Below, piece by piece: positions 50,927 through 64,000 of a stretch of 64,000 nt of DNA. This DNA comes from Epiperipatus broadwayi. Lineage: Eukaryota; Animalia; Onychophora. Position 1 is the first letter of the stretch; every line of letters starts with the position of its first letter. Where the stretch lies: positions 16,554,001 to 16,618,000 of the forward strand of contig JAQFVV010000004.1 in the NCBI GenBank assembly GCA_028023455.1, given 5' to 3'. The notes under the pieces are model-generated. The model was not told the origin of the DNA and did no database searches. It worked only from the letters and a program-made list of their open reading frames with translations. The translations under genes were made by a program, and so were the position numbers.

Positions 50927-53358
50927 TTTTCATCAGAAGGGAATCACACCCTATACACATGCATTGTATTGTTTTTAATAACTCAACAATGGGTTTTTTT
51001 TATGAAGGATACTCTCAAACCAAGTCACAAGATAGTATAACGGTCAGCGCCCTCTACCCTATCTGCCTTACCAGAGCGCCACTAGGCTATTTGAACCTAG
51101 AAAAAATTATAAAATAGGCAGATATGAATAGGTGAGGTCAACTTTTATTTAGCCGATAGGCTTAGTTGCAAGTTCATGGAGAGACTGAACTTTATAGTAT
51201 AACATTTCAAACTTAAACTTTTTAATCATTAATTTCAAAATAGGATTAATAAAGATAATAAAATAAGTCACTGCCAGAACTAATGAGACAAAACATTTAT
51301 TACGCACATATAATATTGAAACAAATTTGAGGATTTGATTCTTTATCTAACGTTTATTATTATAGATTTAATTCATGTTCTTTATCTAATATGCACAGGT
51401 GGATGAAATTTTATATATTTTAATATTTTGTTAAGCGCAAATATATTGCATAGAACACACATTTGTCTTTTAACTCCAGGCCAAAAGTTTGCATCCAAGC
51501 CAATGCTAGTTTACTCATATATCGATGTGATCAATGCAAAATAAGAATGTTAACATAACAAAAATCATAATTACAGGAATTTATGTCTGTATTATCTTAT
51601 TAAAAGAAGCATAATGATCTTTGCCAAAACAGGAATGTATATCTGTCTGACAAAGGATCACATGAATATATGTGGAAAAGAAATACTCCATACTGGAGGG
51701 GGGGGAGCAGTCCATTGCTGACTTATAGTTCCCATCCTGAGCATAAAAAAATCAATGGCATAGAAATATCTCTACAACCACTGGCAACATGATGGCTACC
51801 ACTTTTCGGGCCATGCAATCAACTGAGTGATCTACCCTGTATGCTAACATGACCTAAGGGAATGAGAATCCAATGTGTCTGTCTCCCCAGATTACCTTGA
51901 CATAAAACACCCGTCCATCCATCCGCTAGCATCGATTCAATTATGAAACACTTAGCCTAAAATTAATCCTACTTAAATCAACATAATCTTTATGAATCTA
52001 TGCAGTCATTTATAACTAACTTTACATTTATTAATTTAATTGAACGAGGATAGAAATGATAACAGCAAACATGTTATACATAAAATATTTAATAAATAAT
52101 TTAGAATTTAATTGTCAGATAAGAGATTTTCTTTAGGCGAAATAACATTAAGGTTTAACAATTGAAAGTTCATGTTTTTTCAAGTTAAATAATTAAACGT
52201 TCAAATCTCATTTTAAAGTTCATACTTCTCTTTTATTTCTGGGAATCCTCCAGACTACTGCAGGTTTACTGAAAGCCATTTTTGTGGTCATTGATGCACC
52301 ACACATCCAGTTCAAAGATTTGTCCATCATCGATTAGAAGAATTTTCCTTTTGGAGACAAATCTATTTGTGTTATTCTTCGAAAACTGCTACACTGGAGG
52401 CTGCCCCAGTCAGAACAACTGAGGGAATGAAGTCTATCGCATGACCCCCTACATTATGGAGGTCCACAATACAGGTATAAAAATATTTTTAATCAAATAA
52501 AAATAATCTTTTAAAGTAATCTAATTCTTCCTTTTATATTATTTAGTATCCCTTATCACCGAATTCCAGGATTGATCTCTCATGGCTTAGCGCAGTTCCA
52601 ATCGGTGATGATGATTTTTCTCTTTGGACTGTGAATTCATACTATCTTTATTGGTTAGTTTGCTTTAGAGAGGAAAACTCCAATATTTTCTTATCACTCG
52701 TAATTTTAATTTCTTTAATCTGACTTACAATCTGTTAAATGCACCAAGCGCCTGTTTGCATTACATTTCAATAAAAATTCATTTCCATCCTACTATAGTT
52801 TAAAAATAACTTTTAAAAAAAAAAACAATTTTCATTATTTTTTTACTTTCCTTAAAATAAACTTTTGTTTTTAGATTTTTAGCTTTTCCTTATCACTTTT
52901 AACTTTAAATAATTCTTTAATCAGTTTACCATATGTGCATTTTATATATCTGTACATTTTTTTAAATATCAATTTAAATAAATTTTTATTGATTTTTTTC
53001 ATTTGAAAGTGATGTAACATATACGTATACCATTACAATAGAGACTTGGAAAAGATAAATCTAAACTGTCTTGATATATATGAGAGTGATTTACATAGAT
53101 TCTAATATTTTGTAATATTAACAGGCAGTAAATTGGGAAATTTCATAATTATTAACAGACAGAATAAAAGTGAATGAGTTTAAAGTGATTACTGGAAGAC
53201 CTTCATGCTCTCATATGAATGTGCTTTAGATTGGCCTAAAGTTTCTATCTTATGACTTGGTTTGAGAGTATCCTTTATTCATAATCAACAAAATATCATT
53301 GAATTATTAAAAACAATACAGCGCATGTGTATAGGATGTAATTCCTTTCTAATGAAAA
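50927..53358. mobile_element. Possible 2.4-kb element bounded by ~110-bp inverted repeats
   Basis: TTTTCATCAGAAGGGAATCACACCCTATACACATGC...GGATACTCTCAAACCAAGTCACAAGATAG (50927-51035) matches the reverse complement of 53245-53358. No recognisable transposase inside. Confidence 0.55.
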
Positions 53359-53630
53359 TTATATACGAATGCGTTTGAAATTTAAATAGCTATTTATATA
53401 AAAACTATTTTTAAAAAAATATTTGAAAATCTTACCTTTTTAAAATGTTTTTGTTTTTAATTTTTAAAGGATGTACCATTCACTATCGTTTCATGCATTT
53501 TTTTACAATCTGTTTATAATAGTTATCTTATTTCATAATTTATTTTTTTTTATAAATCAAACTTAAATTTGCAAGATCAATATATATAGGATCTAATAAA
53601 TAGGGGATGATCTGATATGTATATATAACA

Positions 53631-53751
53631 ACAATCATTCAAATACTAAATGCTGTTATAGAAAATGATACGTCTTATCACTTACTATTTGACAATATGG
53701 AATTATGTATGTAACATCTACTATAACAGCATTTACTATTTAAATGATTGT
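53631..53751. repeat. Hairpin (31-bp arms)
   Basis: ACAATCATTCAAATACTAAATGCTGTTATAG / CTATAACAGCATTTACTATTTAAATGATTGT. Confidence 0.8.
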
Positions 53752-55993
53752 ATTGAATGTTTTTTTCAAATTCAAAATGGCCACCGAGCGCGTACTATAT
53801 CAGCACCGTTTTTTTCTATATGTGGAATAAAGATAAGTTGATAAAAGTCAGAAACTTTGAAATATCTATTGTGCAATGACAATTCACTCTCCACAATATT
53901 TTAAAAGTAGACAGAAATTGGCCCTATCTAGCATGAGAGTCATGTGATGAAAGATATCAAGATGTCATCATGAGTATGAAATATGGGTATGTGATACTTC
54001 TAACTCACCTGAAAATCCAGTTATTTTCAAAATGCATGCATAGTGAAAGAGGGTGGTCTAAATTTCTGCACTGATGGATGGTTGTGATATTGTTAAGATG
54101 AGAGCAGCCCTAAAAAAAACAATATATATATTCAACAAATCAAAAACCATATTTAATATATATAATTAAAATATCATACTTGTATATATATGCCTATATG
54201 GAGGAAAATAATTGACTTTAATAACTTAGGGTGCTTTCAGTGTGGTATATCATAATCATGGTTTCACACTTGCTCAATTGTATGCTATTTTGCTTTTTCA
54301 TTAATGACATCTTTAGAATTTAAAATAAATCCTGCTTCTTTAATCTTATATTTTCAGTTATCACGTTCTTCACAAAATAATCTATATTTTGTGCATAAAG
54401 AAAAATTGTGACAACTTTTCCTTTTATGAAGAAAACTGACATCTAATAAAACATTGTTTTTACATTATATTGGTAAACATGCTGTTTTAATCTTACAGTG
54501 CCAATACCGTAGTAAATACATAACTACTTAGAATTATTATAAGCAATAAAATATATGACCTAAAGCTTATTTGCAATACTAATTTTATTCTTTGTAGTGT
54601 TAATGAGCCTGTTTAAATTTTCTGGAGGCTTGAAACCAATATTAAAATCATTTGGCCTTTTCCACAATTTCAGAAATACGTAGCATCTTTATTTGAGGTT
54701 TATTAACAGTATTCTGTTTACTTTTCCATTTTATTTTATAATTAAAATATTTCATTTGTACTTCCATTAAATCTTTAAAAAACTTCTCAATATTTCTCTT
54801 TATATTTGCATTATAATTGCACAAATAATAAATGTAACATAAAAATTCTTTAAATTTTTCAAGCTTTTATTTCATTCACAATTATACACTCTAATGACAT
54901 ACAACTTATATTTGACAATTTAAAAGATTTTTATTGCACAATTATTATTTGTGCAAATATAATGCTAATGTGAAATGAAATATTGAGAGGTAAATAGAAG
55001 ATTTAATGACAATAAGATGTAACAAGCATATTTTATATCAACAAGTAATTTCAGAAATTTTCAAAAGATCCTAAGAATACGTTCACATGGTTTTTATACT
55101 GGTTTCAGGATTTCAACAGGTGAGTTAATAATGCAAATGATAAATTAATAATACAAATATGCTTTAGATCATATATTCTATTATCGATAATAATCTTGGA
55201 TGTTTAGCAAAGGTTAAATGCACAGCAAGATTGCTGGAGCAATCGCAACTGTAAAAGAGGGTGGTAAATAAAACATTGTGTAACAGTAGTAAGGTGCATG
55301 GATGATTTAGTATTATATAGTAAGATTAAAACAGCATGTTTTTGATTAATGACATCTTTTGAAATTGAAATAAATCAAAGCTATCTAATTTTATGTTTTC
55401 TATCATTATGTTTTTTATGAACATAATTTTTGTAAAAAAAAAAAATTGTTTCCACTCCTATTCTCATAATTAAATAAAATTGATATCTGTAATATATTAC
55501 TTTTACATTCAATATATTAGTAAAGATGTTGTTAATCTTACAGGAGATCTAATCTTAGCTGAGCAGTCAAGATTATTACAAGCAATAGAATATATGATCT
55601 GAAGCATATTTAAATCTGAAAGTAATGCATTATGGACATCATTTTATGTTAATCATGAAAATAGGAGTAGAAAAAACAATTTTTGTACATAAAAAGAATA
55701 GTTGTTAGAGAAAAGCATGATAGAAAACATAAGATTAGAGAAGCCTGATTTATTTCAAATTTAAAAGATATTAATCAAAAGAGAAAATAACACACAATTG
55801 AATCAATATTAAAAAAATTTGATTATAAATAAGATTTAATATATCAAATATTACCAAATTGGAAACTCTATTAAAAGAATACTAGATTATTAAAATTAAA
55901 TATTTCCCTCCACATAGGTACATGCATATAAATATGACATATTGATTATTTATATATTAAAATAGTTAAGGCTTTACTTCATTAGCATTTGAA

Positions 55994-56207
55994 ATCAATT
56001 AATATATATATGTGCTCTGCGCACAGATATGAAGCTATTAAATGTAAATAAAATTATCAAAAATTACAGTTCTTAACCAAATACAAGTCACCATGAATAT
56101 GGGACTATAAACGGTCCCGAAAGCGCTTGGCGGTAATTTTTGATAATTTTATTTACATTTAATAGCTTCATTACCTGAGCTCAGAGCATATATATATATT
56201 AATTGAT
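55994..56207. mobile_element. Fold-back element with degenerate hammerhead in the loop (family C)
   Basis: ~75-bp arms. 56088-56133 reads TCACC ATGAATA T GGGAC-TATAAACG-GTCCC GAAA GCGC T T GGCGG: perfect stem II and palindromic loop III, with CTGAAGA decayed to ATGAATA. Confidence 0.72.
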
Positions 56208-57974
56208 ATTAAAATAAAATGTATGTGTATATAATTCAAATAAGCAAGACCATTCTAATTTTATATTTTAAAGAGAAATCAAAACCCTAATATTAGATAA
56301 AACAAATTTTTTTAAATTTCCTATTTTGTTGTTACTTATATTTTGAAAAGTATATTAATAAAATTCTAAATGATTTAAATTCTAAACTATGTAATTTATA
56401 AAATTTTTAAAAATATAGTTGAGACTGATAGCTTGCAGTCACATTAACTTTAACTGAGATCTTAATTTTTTTTCGTATCATAACTTTAATGTAAGCTAAA
56501 AATACAATATTGATAAGATTTATTGTTAAAATATTTCTTTCAGTACTTATTTTTTAGGTATTTTTACACCATAATCACTCACTTTGGTAAAAGCATCATA
56601 ACCCTTATGTGGAAAAGAAGTTTGAGAAAATATTGTATATGTGTCACAAATTTCATCAAAAATTTGACCTTGTACATAGTCAAAAAGTATGAGATTCTTA
56701 TCGGGAAATATTGAAAAAAATCAGAGAATTGAAAAGGCAACATTACATTTAATAAAGCCAAATTTATTAATAAAAGATTATATCCTTACAATATTATGGC
56801 TATAATTTTAGCATATGTCTGTGAAACAAATAGTAGTACTTGTGAGTTTTTAAGTAAACCAAGATGGCAGCCAGTATGTTTGTTAAATGTCCAGTTTTGA
56901 GGGCCTATAATCTACTAAAAATGTGTTAATTCTTAAATTAAAACAAAATTAATACATCGATTCTTAAATTTAAAAAATGGAATAAATTCTGATAAATTTC
57001 ATTAAGAAGCGTTATTTCTATTTTTTTTTTTTACTCTTCCATAGCATAAGCTTGTGGTTAAAACACCTGTAGAGGTCCCTACTATCACATTTTATACGCA
57101 TATTATCGAGGTTATAGCCTCAGTAAATATTACTTATGTAATCAATGTGCGTTTAATAAATTTATAATTGCAACATGGGAAGTGATGAAATGTTCTTAAC
57201 ATTGTAGTATTTGATTCAGCAGTTTTTTGGTAAATTGTCATAATAATAAAAATTTTGGATCTTCCTGTCACAGAACTTGATGCAGTGGGCTATTTCCAAA
57301 GATACAGAAACTTGCCCTCTTGAAAAGTATGCATTAATGATCACAATATGATTATATGCAGCTGACATGAATAAAGTGTAAATATTGTATTTATATTTTA
57401 TTTTTTTATTAATAAGTTAATCAAAAAGAAAAGAAAAGAAACTGTAAAATGTAATTAATTTTTCCACAATGATTTCTTTTTTTAAAATAATAGTAATAAA
57501 AAATAAAATGTAAATGTCCCCCGAAACTGTATATTTATCAAAAATATGTATGGCCATATTGGTTTACTCGAAAATTCATAAGTACCCAAATAGCTACTAA
57601 CTATAAATATTTTTCCATTAAAAGGTCCTTTCGAATTCAAATTTTATAGTAACAATTGTTTTTTATTATGTCTAATATCTTGTGGCCAATGTTTTTGTCA
57701 TAAATTAAATCAGTTAAATTTGATGGAATAAAAAAACAAAGCTGTGGAATTTCAAATATAATCTTCTAATTGTTCATTTTCTAGTTTAAAAAGTCATTCC
57801 ACATTTGAGGAGGGGGATGGAAGCTGATAATCTTATGCTTTAAGTTTAAGCTTTTTAAATTTCTGTTTTCTACAAATTCTCTTGCAGATATCCCAGCCTA
57901 TGTTAGTTTTATTACTGACAGCCTTTTAGATAAATGCTTAGATTGAGTTGGTTTTTTGAATCTAATGTCCCAAC

Positions 57975-58015
57975 TCCTCACTGAAGAGACCCATAGGTCG
58001 AAACCGTTCTGGGGA
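57975..58015 (+). ncRNA. Minimal type I hammerhead ribozyme motif (family D)
   Basis: Stem I TCCTCA/TGGGGA (6 bp, one G-U); CTGAAGA; stem II GACC-CATA-GGTC; GAAA; loop CCGT; UUC predicted cleavage triplet. Confidence 0.75.
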
Positions 58016-59200
58016 TGGAGACAATCTAAGATAAAGATTATTTGAATGCCTTCTCTTGTAGTAGCATTTATCATAATAAAAAAAAAAGCTTGTTTAGAGC
58101 GTTAGCATGCTCTTAAGTTTACATATTGGTAAATGCAAGCTATGTATAAGTCATGTGACATCTGACTTTTTATTATTACTATAATTACTGGTTAGTAAAA
58201 TTTTAATATTACAACACTAATAGGTCTAAAAACATATTTTATGAAAAGATAAAAAGAGGAAAGGAAAAAAGTCTAATAAATTTATAAATAAATTAGTTAT
58301 TAATATCAATTCATATTGGGTGAATGAATTGGCATTGGTGTTAAAAATAATCATATATTCAGAGTTAGTTGCTCTGTGAATAAGTTTATAATTTATTTTA
58401 AAAGTTGTCAAACTATAATTTATTAAATGACCTTAACAATGATAAGAATTTAGTACAATTTTACATTCTAACTCATTTTTTCTACAATCCATTTATAATA
58501 AAAGTACAAACATTATAGATGTTTAAAATAATTTCATCTAAATACTCTTAATTTTGATTTAATATTTAAAAGATATTTCACGAATTGTATATGAATAATT
58601 TTAAAATTAATAATGCATTAAAATAATAATATATAAATATATTACTTAATTTTAAACTTCATTACGCACTATATTTCAAACATTATTTAAAAATTGTATG
58701 GTTAGATTGATGCTTCAATTTTTATAGAGATTTCTAAACAGAATCATTTTTAAAGGAATGTAAACAGACAGAATAAGCATATTATTATTGAAATCATTTC
58801 TGAACTGATTACTAATGGTATTATATTATTCATTATAAAAAAAATTTGCATATATTTTATATAAAAATAATGTATTTAATTATATGTCTGCTAAGTTTGC
58901 TTCTCAAAGGCAGACAGATAATGTCATACTTCAACCAAGTAATGCTATTCCTTCATTGCCAATAGTAGTTATTTTGTTACCCTCTTAATACAGCTTACTG
59001 CAACTCAATTTTATAGCTATATAATAAACTTTAAGGACTCCACATCTTTAAGATATATATATTTAAAATAGGATAATTTAAATGGCAGAAACATTTTAGG
59101 AATGATGCAAATTTCCCAGCATGCTGTCTCTTGTTAAATATAATTAAAATAAATTTAAAAGCATAAACAAACACAGTCTTCTATTTTAAAACTAGCCCAC

Positions 59201-59719
59201 CAAACCACACACAAACTTCTTTATAAATCTTGATATATTATATGATCTATTATAAGATACAAAAATGTACTCCAACATTTCGACTATATTCTTTTATAAT
59301 CCTTATCAAGAAACAATAAATACGAATATTCCACAATACATATAACAAAATGCAAATATCTCTTACTTTAAACCTATTTTAACAAAACAATCTTAAGTTT
59401 TCATTACATTTCTTTCTTAAATACCTTTCTTAAAATAATTCCCTATAATTATTTAATATGGAATTATTTTAAGGAAGGTATTTAAGAAACGAATGTAATG
59501 AAAAGCTATAATTGTTTATTAGAAGAGGTTTAAGGTAAGAGGTATTTGCATTTTGTTATATGTATTACGGACTATTTGTATTTATTGTTTTTTATGTATT
59601 TTTTAGTTGTTCCTTGATAAAGACTATAAAAGAATATAGTTGAAATGGAGTATATTTCTGTACGTTATAATAGTTCATATAATAAATGTAGATTTATAAA
59701 GAAGTTTGTTTGTGGTTTG
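59201..59719. mobile_element. Large head-to-head palindrome (~240-bp arms) with a decayed hammerhead in each arm (family E)
   Basis: Arms 59201-59442 and 59460-59719. Plus arm CCTTGATAAA GACTATA AAAGAA TATAGTT GAAA; minus arm CTTGATAAG GATTATA AAAGAA TATAGTC GAAA TGTT. Confidence 0.75.
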
Positions 59720-60983
59720 TTGTATATAGATTGAAATATAATTAACTATCTAGCATTCCATCAATTTCAAACTGCCATAGAAGTCAGAAAAGGGATCTTT
59801 TCCAATTAATATGAATGGTAGGCATGGGCAATGACATTTTGGTAATATTTTCCATTCTTATTAATAATCTGGTAATATGTCGAAGAGGTTTCTTTTTTGT
59901 TTGCTATGGTAATTTGATGGGGACATAATTATATTTAATAAAAGATGGTGCAGTGGAGATATTTTTATTGCTCCTAATTTCTATAGGAGATAAATAAATG
60001 ATTGATTAATTCAGTAAATAAAATCAGAAATTAAGTCATTAAATATGTATATAGCATTTTTAATCTTTTCTTTAAGTTAACACAAATAAATATATCAGAA
60101 ATTTTAACAACCAATAATTTAACTAATTAATAATGAAAAATTAAATTTATTATACATATGTTTAATGGTTTATTTAATCATTTATTTATTTGATAAATAA
60201 AAATTTAAGAAACACAGACTAACATATTTATGTAAGACAAAGGGAAACAGACTATCTTTCCACAAACTGTCAATATAAGTTTCACTTTGTCAGGAAACCT
60301 GTAAAAATAAAGTAATTATTTACCCTTATGATCCTAGATGTGTATACAACATGATTTTTTGATTTCTGATGAAATTCAAGGTGATGTTCAAACAAAATCT
60401 AAACATGGCATTATAATTATTGACTAATTATCTAAATTAATACCATATTTACATCTGGTTTGAATTTTAACCTCAATTCCAACATAAATCAGGAAATCAT
60501 ATCTCATAATATCAGGAACTAGCAAATGCTCACCTTACTCTTATAGGTTTTTTTGACAAAGAAAAAGTGAGTGGTACACTTATATTCACAAAGCATTGAT
60601 AATAATCTTTTTCTAGATATCTTATTTACTGGATTTATATTACACATGAATAATATAATATATACTTTTCTTGCAACTTTATAATAGTAATATCTTTTAT
60701 TGTTACTGTTTCTCCTAAGTTTCAACTATCCATCAATCTATACCAGAATATAATTGACATTAGTCATATCATATATCAGCACATATATAAATTCATGTCT
60801 TTTAATCTATATATAAAGTTTATACAACTTATTTCTTTATCTATTATTTAAATACATGTGTATTATTAATATTAAGTACCTGATTCCCACATTTGTATTA
60901 TATGTTTGTAATACATCTATTTTAAATAATAGACAAGAAAATATATATATAATTTTTTGTATATAGTTAAAAAGATACAACTA

Positions 60984-61186
60984 TAAAAACAATAAATATA
61001 ATGGTAATAAGCTACTATAAACAGTCTTTCAATCCACAGAAGTACTTTCGATTAATTCCTTAACCCTCCTCAACTGCTGTTGAATTTAACAGTAGCTGAG
61101 GAGGGTTAAGGAATTAACCAAAAGATCTGTGGATTGAAAGATTGTTTACAATAGATTACCATTATATTATTTTTATTGTTATTATA
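60984..61186. mobile_element. Head-to-head palindrome (~100-bp arms, almost no loop) with a hammerhead in each arm (family F)
   Basis: Plus: AGTAG CTGAGGA G GGTTAA GGAA TTAACC AAAA. Minus: CAGCAG TTGAGGA G GGTTAA GGAA TTAATC GAAA GTAC TT CTGTG. Confidence 0.8.
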
Positions 61187-61299
61187 ATATTTTTTTAATT
61201 AACAGACATTTTATTTGTATTAAAAAGCTATATAAACATTTGTGTGCATACAGCACATTAATATAAATACATCTGTGTATTTATTTCTCAAAAAAAGAA

Positions 61300-61686
61300 A
61301 ATAAAGATTGATAATGATGAGTTAGAAGAAATTAACAACTACAAATACCTTATATTATTACTGCAGATGGAAACATAATGGATGAAATTAGTAACTTGGA
61401 CGGAATACATTTGGTAAAAATAACTTAATATGCTTATGTGTTTGAAAATGAAGATTTTAAATAAATATGTTTTACCAGTTCTTATTTATTGATCTGAGAC
61501 TTGGACACTTAACAGATGAACAATACAGAGTCTACAAACTACTCAACAAAGTATAGAGAGATGCATGTTAGGGTTAACAAAAAGAAATTGAAAATGAAAT
61601 ACACAAGTGAGAGAACAAGTGTTTCTGAACTCATTGAAAGAATTAAGAAACTGGCGTTGGCTGGCCATGTTGCTAGAAGAGATGGT
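61300..61686 (+). mobile_element. Decayed RTE LINE 3' region
   Basis: KIDNDELEEINNYKYL, LKMKILNKYVLPVLIY*SETWTLN and ERIKKLALAGHVARRDG. Confidence 0.85.
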
Positions 61687-64000
61687 CATTTGCAATCTTT
61701 TTCATTACATTCAAACACTTATTTCTCCATCCTTCTCAATCAGTCTTTCTATAAGACTTAGTACCTAATCGTTCAGATATTCTTCGATACTATAATTATA
61801 AAATTATTTTACTTCTTTATAAAATACTCTATTTTTCCCCCCTTTTAAAATCTACCAGCATATAATCAACCTTGTGTTTCAAATTCTGCCTCAATCATAT
61901 AAGGTCTCCATTGTGTACTTTCCTCAAATACTGTATTACAATTTTCAATACAAATTTCCCCACACAGCTTTTTTTTAACGTACCTCTCTATTAATTTTGC
62001 TAATATAACTATTTATGTCGTCTACAATTAATACATGTTCCTAATATAATAATCACATACATTCATTCCTCATGCTAACATCCTCACTATTTCCGTAGCT
62101 AAATAAATTCACTATGCCGGACATTCAAGTTTTTTCAACTAAGTTTTTTAAGAATAAGAATGCGTCCTCTATGTCATGTTTTGGAATTACAGATATTGAT
62201 TATTTTTTTAAATATAAATTAATGTGCATAAAAAACGTTCAATTATACTACATAAATAAACAATATTTCTTAAAGTAAATATAGACATAAATATAATATT
62301 AAAATATAAGTATAGTATATATACTTTAAGATCGATAACTAAAGAGAGCTTGAAAATGTGGCTTCAAATAGCTTCTAATTACACACAGATATAGTATTTG
62401 TATACATTAAATCTTTCAATCACTCCTAATAGTCTTTTTATTGTTATTAAAAGATGCAGCGTGTGCATATATAAATAGCCTATTCTCCTCAGTGTTCTTC
62501 CTAAAGAAAAGCAGTGATTACCTGCCAGGTTAGTTAAAAGCTAGAAAATAGAGGGCGTGTGCTTTTATTTTTGTTGTAAGCTCTAAAAATAACTAGATAT
62601 CCATGCACTGACCACCAATTGGATGAATAGCCAAATTATTTGAAGACCTATTAGCTTAAAAAAACAATCCTATTATGTTTTACGGTAATTTTAAATGCAC
62701 AAAGGCCCCAGAAAGTTAACTTTCTATAGATATTTCCTCTCTTTTTCTTGAAAAGGATTTAGAACAGTATGATTAAAAAAAAAAAAAAAAAGCCAGGCTT
62801 GATTAAATTAAAAAGTCCTTTTTAAATAATTTATGTTTGTCTATATATGAGTGCAAAAGGGCATATAAATATTCTAAAGCATATACATTATTTATTGACG
62901 TAAAAAGTCTATTATTTTTTAAAATGTAACGAATTTTTCTTATACCGCTCTAATAATATGTAGCCTTAAACACAATTTCAGTGATGAGAATTTGGTTTTA
63001 CTGTCAAACAATATGTATTGATTTTACTTGATATTTTCATTATGGCTTACAGAGTTGAAGAGATATATCATTACTATCAAAGTCAAATTATGTTAAAAGG
63101 GTGATGAGCATATTATCTAATTATAATACTCGTAAATGATAAACAATCATTAAATAGTTCACAGCTTGGCAAAGAACTTTCCAACAAACATTCAATGAGA
63201 AACAGCAATGGAGAATGTAATAAGGATTTAATCAGTTTCTACTCTTATTTTACTCCATAGCTAAGAAGGGTTTAAATACCCTTTTATGACTAAATTCTAA
63301 TTCTATTTTTATTAAAACTCTGTTTGAATTCAAATCATAAACATGATAGTTAAATATATTTCCACTGTACCATAAAGTAAAGAACTGTAAATCTAGTTTT
63401 CTAAAATTTAGCAATTTTAAATATCTGGATAACATTTTGAGTGAAGTAAAAATAATAGACTTTATGATTTCAGTAGCATATTAAAAATTTAATCTTGAGA
63501 ATACACATGTGCAAAAAAATATATAGTAAAACATATACACATTTCAAAAAAAAATTATTTAAAAATCATAACTAAGTAAAGTAAAAAGCCTAACTAACTT
63601 GAGTATCAATTTGTTCTTCTTATCTCAATAATGCATTAGAAGCTGTAATTCATTCTACTCTCATACAGAGCCATCTATTGTAGGATTGAATAATCAATGA
63701 ATTCTAAATTGTATATATTTAAATCCCCCAAATACTTTATGATAATTGCCCCAAAATTATGCTGACTTTTGTATTTTTTTAACAGGGTGGAAAGAATGGG
63801 AGTTACATGCAAATTCTTTTTTTAGAATTATTTTCTGAGATGTTTTTCTAAAAAAAAAAAATCAGACAAAAATGACGAGTATTATAAAATTTCTACATTT
63901 TTTTTTTCTTTACAAAAATATATTATGTTAATACATGAAAGTAGTCAACATTTACACAATGCCAATATTAATACCTAACAACAATATCAATCTATTGTCA

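Noticed and set aside
54295-55615. Two diverged ~280-bp direct repeats (about 54295 and 55340) as LTRs
   Set aside because: No TG...CA ends, PBS, TSD or internal coding remnant; more likely an old local duplication.

Overview
Very AT-rich eukaryotic (invertebrate, probably arthropod; inference) genomic DNA, not prokaryotic. One clear host gene: a 3.87-kb terminal coding exon (45991-49859, +) of a ZNF423/ZNF521/Oaz-family protein with about 35 C2H2 fingers; its first exon(s) are not securely located. The rest is intron/intergenic sequence full of decayed retroelements: RTE-like and Tx1/L1-like LINE fragments, a TG...CA element with a 4-bp TSD, a tRNA-Gly-derived mini-SINE (4 copies), MITE-like hairpins and minisatellites. 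The most striking signal is a set of head-to-head palindromic (fold-back) insertions carrying minimal type I hammerhead ribozyme motifs (CUGANGA-stem II-GAAA-short stem III with a palindromic tetraloop), from about six apparently unrelated sequence families. One family has at least 7 loci, two with exact 15-bp target-site duplications. One 1.1-kb palindrome contains a decayed GIY-YIG endonuclease frame. This fits Penelope-like retroelement pLTRs and non-autonomous derivatives. All alignments and folds were done by eye; repeat boundaries are approximate unless a TSD fixes them.
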